From Octopus bimaculoides (Eukaryota), in assembly GCF_001194135.2 (NCBI RefSeq), contig NC_068986.1, forward strand, positions 6,488,788 to 6,552,787: DNA of 64,000 bases. The letters run 5' to 3'. Both the position numbers and the translations under genes were made by a program. Below are positions 61,031 through 64,000 of this stretch, piece by piece. Each line of letters opens with the position of its first letter. The stretch's first letter is position 1. The notes beneath the pieces are model-generated. The model was not told the DNA's origin. It saw only the letters and a list, made by a program, of their open reading frames with translations, and did no database searches.

Positions 61031-61240
61031 AGGGAGACAATGTTTTGCTATGTGGAATATAGCAATACTGTTTCTCAATACAACGTGGGGTTTTCTTTAA
61101 AAAAAAAAACCACTTTGTATATTGAAGACATTCACTACCGATTGTGCAGATTTTCAAAAATCACCAAGCAATACTCTTTAAGCACCACTAAAATAAAATA
61201 AACAACATAGATGCAAGTTGTTTATGTAAGTTGTCTCCCT
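61031..61240. mobile_element. Kolobok-like MITE
   Basis: Perfect 10-bp TIR agggagacaa / ttgtctccct flanked by TCAA and TTAA. Confidence 0.55.
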
Positions 61241-62447
61241 TTAAATTTGAAAAATTAGTAAATTGAAGGGTTCTGAAAACACTTAATTTTTAAACTAGTA
61301 GTAAAATAGAATCGTTATAGCATCGGAAAAAAAGCAACTTGTTCAAGTCTTTTATGTCCTGTATTTAAATCTCGATGAGGTCAACTTTACTTTTCATTCT
61401 TGTGAGGTCGATAAAATAAGGTACCTGTCAAGTTTAGGAATCGATGGTATGGACTGCTAGTCTTGTACTTAAATTAGAAAGTTATTGATTATGAAAGAAA
61501 ACTAAAATGTTTTTAAACCCTGGGGAAAATAATGACTAATAAAAAAACCTAGTTATTAATTTATGATATTTCTACAAGATATTTTTTGATTGTCTAATCT
61601 TTAGACTATTTTTGAATTAGTTCAAATTAAACGTTTTTTCTTTTTTTCTTTTATTTTTTTATGATTAAATAATTTGTTTTTACATGTTTCTCCATTTGAC
61701 AACTATATCCGTTTCGTTTTTCAATTAAACTCTATTAGAATTCTCGGAAAACAATTAAATATAACAAACTGATTTAAATTATATTTCGTAAATTCTTTTA
61801 CCCCACACTAACAAATATATATTTCAGAATACTTACTTACTGACATGATCGCTAACATTGACATATTACATCAAGTAACTGAACAAGTTAATGTGATATC
61901 TTAAGGAGGGTTATTTCTTGAAGTAAATCCTAAACTCAAGATGAGCTTATGAAGGAAGTTGGGTAGAAGACATCAGATAAGAGGCTTGCAGGATAGAAAT
62001 ACTCATTAGCTTCTTGTCTCTGACTTCCATCATTCTCCCTCCCCTGCACTTTTCCTTCTATTGAGATTTTCCTTGATGTATTTTATGTAACTGTTGCAGG
62101 CGTGATTCTAAGTCTGCATATACCTGAGTGTGTATACATTTACATACTTTTGCTTCTGTATGTGTCTTCTACTATAGTCTGTGGAGAGATTGTTTCTTTT
62201 TTTATTTTTGTAGTGGATTTATTAATCCCACAGTTCAACAACAGCACCTAGATATAGGGTACCTTGAGGAGAGTTATGTGGCAGAGTTAGCGACCTGTTT
62301 CCTTGAGTAAGACACTCCTACTTGCATTGCCTCAGTCCACTATGCTAAAAACAAACAGCAGTGAAATCTAGGTGAAGTTAACTCAGCAACAAACTGGTGT
62401 CCCATTCAGGGGGAAATCTTGTACTCTCAGTTTCTTATAAACTGTGG

Positions 62448-62602
62448 TGTCATCATCATCATCATCATCGTCGTTTAACGTCCGCTTTCCATGCTAGCAT
62501 GGGTTGGACGATTTGACTGAGGACTGGTGAAACCGGATGGCAACACCAGGCTCCAGTCTGATTTGGCAGAGTTTCTACAGTTGGATGCCCTTCCTAACGC
62601 CA
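62448..62602 (-). mobile_element. Family C young, 5-prime truncated copy
   Basis: Nearly identical to 29977-30115 and ends abruptly at cctaacgcca. Confidence 0.85.
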
Positions 62603-63868
62603 GGAGGAAAAAGACAACAAGAAGCAAAAGGACAGACTGAAACGTTGGACCTTACCTTGTCGACCGCAGCGGAGTACACGATCGCTCCTGATCAGAACAC
62701 GTCTTTCTCGTAACCTCTCTGTTTTCTGACTGCCTCCATGTGCTAGCCTTCGACCGCGTGTCACCGACCTCCGATCTGACCCTTCCGGTTTGGCCCTTCC
62801 GGTCTGGCTTCACCTCTGTTTGCCTCAGCCCTCTCCACCACAACACACAACCCATAACACCACACAAACCATAGAAACTAGGTTAAGTGCCAGCCTAATG
62901 GGTTTATAAGCTTACAACAGGCTTCATCTATTTACTGAAGTAGGCAATATTTCCAGTCAGGTATCTTGATCCCTTCCTCCTACCAGTAATGGAAACTCAG
63001 AAAAAAGTCTAGGTACTGCCCTTCTTCTGTTCAAAGTCATTAAAAACCTTACAAATTGTACATGTGTCTGTCAATGAGGCTATTTATGAATATGTGGTTT
63101 AAATATTGGTCAAGTAAAAGTGCATGGCTTAATGATTAAGGTGTTTAGCGCGTGATCTTAAGATCAGAGGTTCAGTTTCTAGATCAGGCAGCATATTGTG
63201 TCCTTGAACAAGGTACTTTGTTTCACTTTACTCCAGTCTGCTCATCTCTAAATGAGTACCAGCCAAGTGCTGGTGCAGCTCCCTTTTCTTCCAGCTGTCA
63301 AATCCTGGATTTTTCACTGGGTTAAAGAGTGAGAGGACCAAGAGGATGTTTATATCTGCTCATAACTACATTAGCACCTAAAACGTATTAAACAACTTAC
63401 ATTTGTTTACCTTCCATTCACAATAACATTGATAATGATAACTAGCGTAATGTATCTTTTCTGTAGAAAGAATCAGTGACGGAAGACACTTCCAAGTAGC
63501 TGGCCTAAGTTTAATAACTGGAATTATGACCCCTGAATTATTGTTAAGCTATAAGGGATAAATTTGTGAAAAGAAGAAATAAAATTGATAACTCTATATT
63601 TTTCAGTCTTTGGTGACCAAATAATTCTCATTTTATAAACAAGTTAAAAGACATGTTTATTATAATCTGTTATGTGTATAGTTAGAAGAGATCAATACTG
63701 AGAACCCATATAAGAAATGACAAAGAGAACTGTTAATATAGCAAATGTTTATTTGTTTGTTTTGTTTGTTACAGATTTTACAGTTGTTGTATTTTACGAC
63801 TTGTGACAGTTTAATGTAAATACATACGTACACCCTATTCATACACACGCACACTCATGCACACTGTA

Positions 63869-63940
<72 letters not shown>

Positions 63941-64000
63941 CAATATATATATCAAAGTTTAATTATTTCATCCGTCTGAGCTGTTCAATGTCAGTAACAT

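Noticed and set aside
1-64000. CRISPR arrays, rRNA genes, operons or other prokaryotic systems
   Set aside because: The window is intron-rich eukaryotic DNA; no regularly spaced repeat-spacer structure or rRNA-like sequence was seen.

Overview
AT-rich, microsatellite-dense animal genomic DNA with 8 N-gaps. The SINE, MITE and Penelope content resembles an Octopus (cephalopod) short-read assembly; this is an inference. One protein-coding gene is well supported: a + strand ceramide glucosyltransferase (UGCG/GlcT-1, GT21 family). Eight coding exons (22661-47034) splice in frame with canonical GT-AG sites to give 358 aa plus stop. They retain the D1/D2/D3 aspartates and the RxxRW motif. The first coding exon (TM anchor, about 30 aa) was not found in the sequenced bases. 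The rest is mostly mobile-element debris: a full-length dead mariner with TIRs and TA TSD just after one UGCG exon, Penelope-like RT and terminal-repeat remnants (one with a decayed hammerhead-like motif), CR1-like and RTE-like LINE ends, several MITE families, Helitron/Helentron-like elements and at least four SINE-like families. The most notable oddities are a 103-bp-arm hairpin at 58 kb, a strong in-frame cryptic donor inside a UGCG exon, inverted young SINEs bracketing an in-frame exon block, a CpG-rich tandem-ETS segment ending in a minus-strand donor, and scattered minus-strand splice signals that may mark a convergent transcript. I found no evidence for a clearly novel multi-gene system. 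Family labels A-E are my own working names; repeat boundaries are approximate unless TIR/TSD positions are given.
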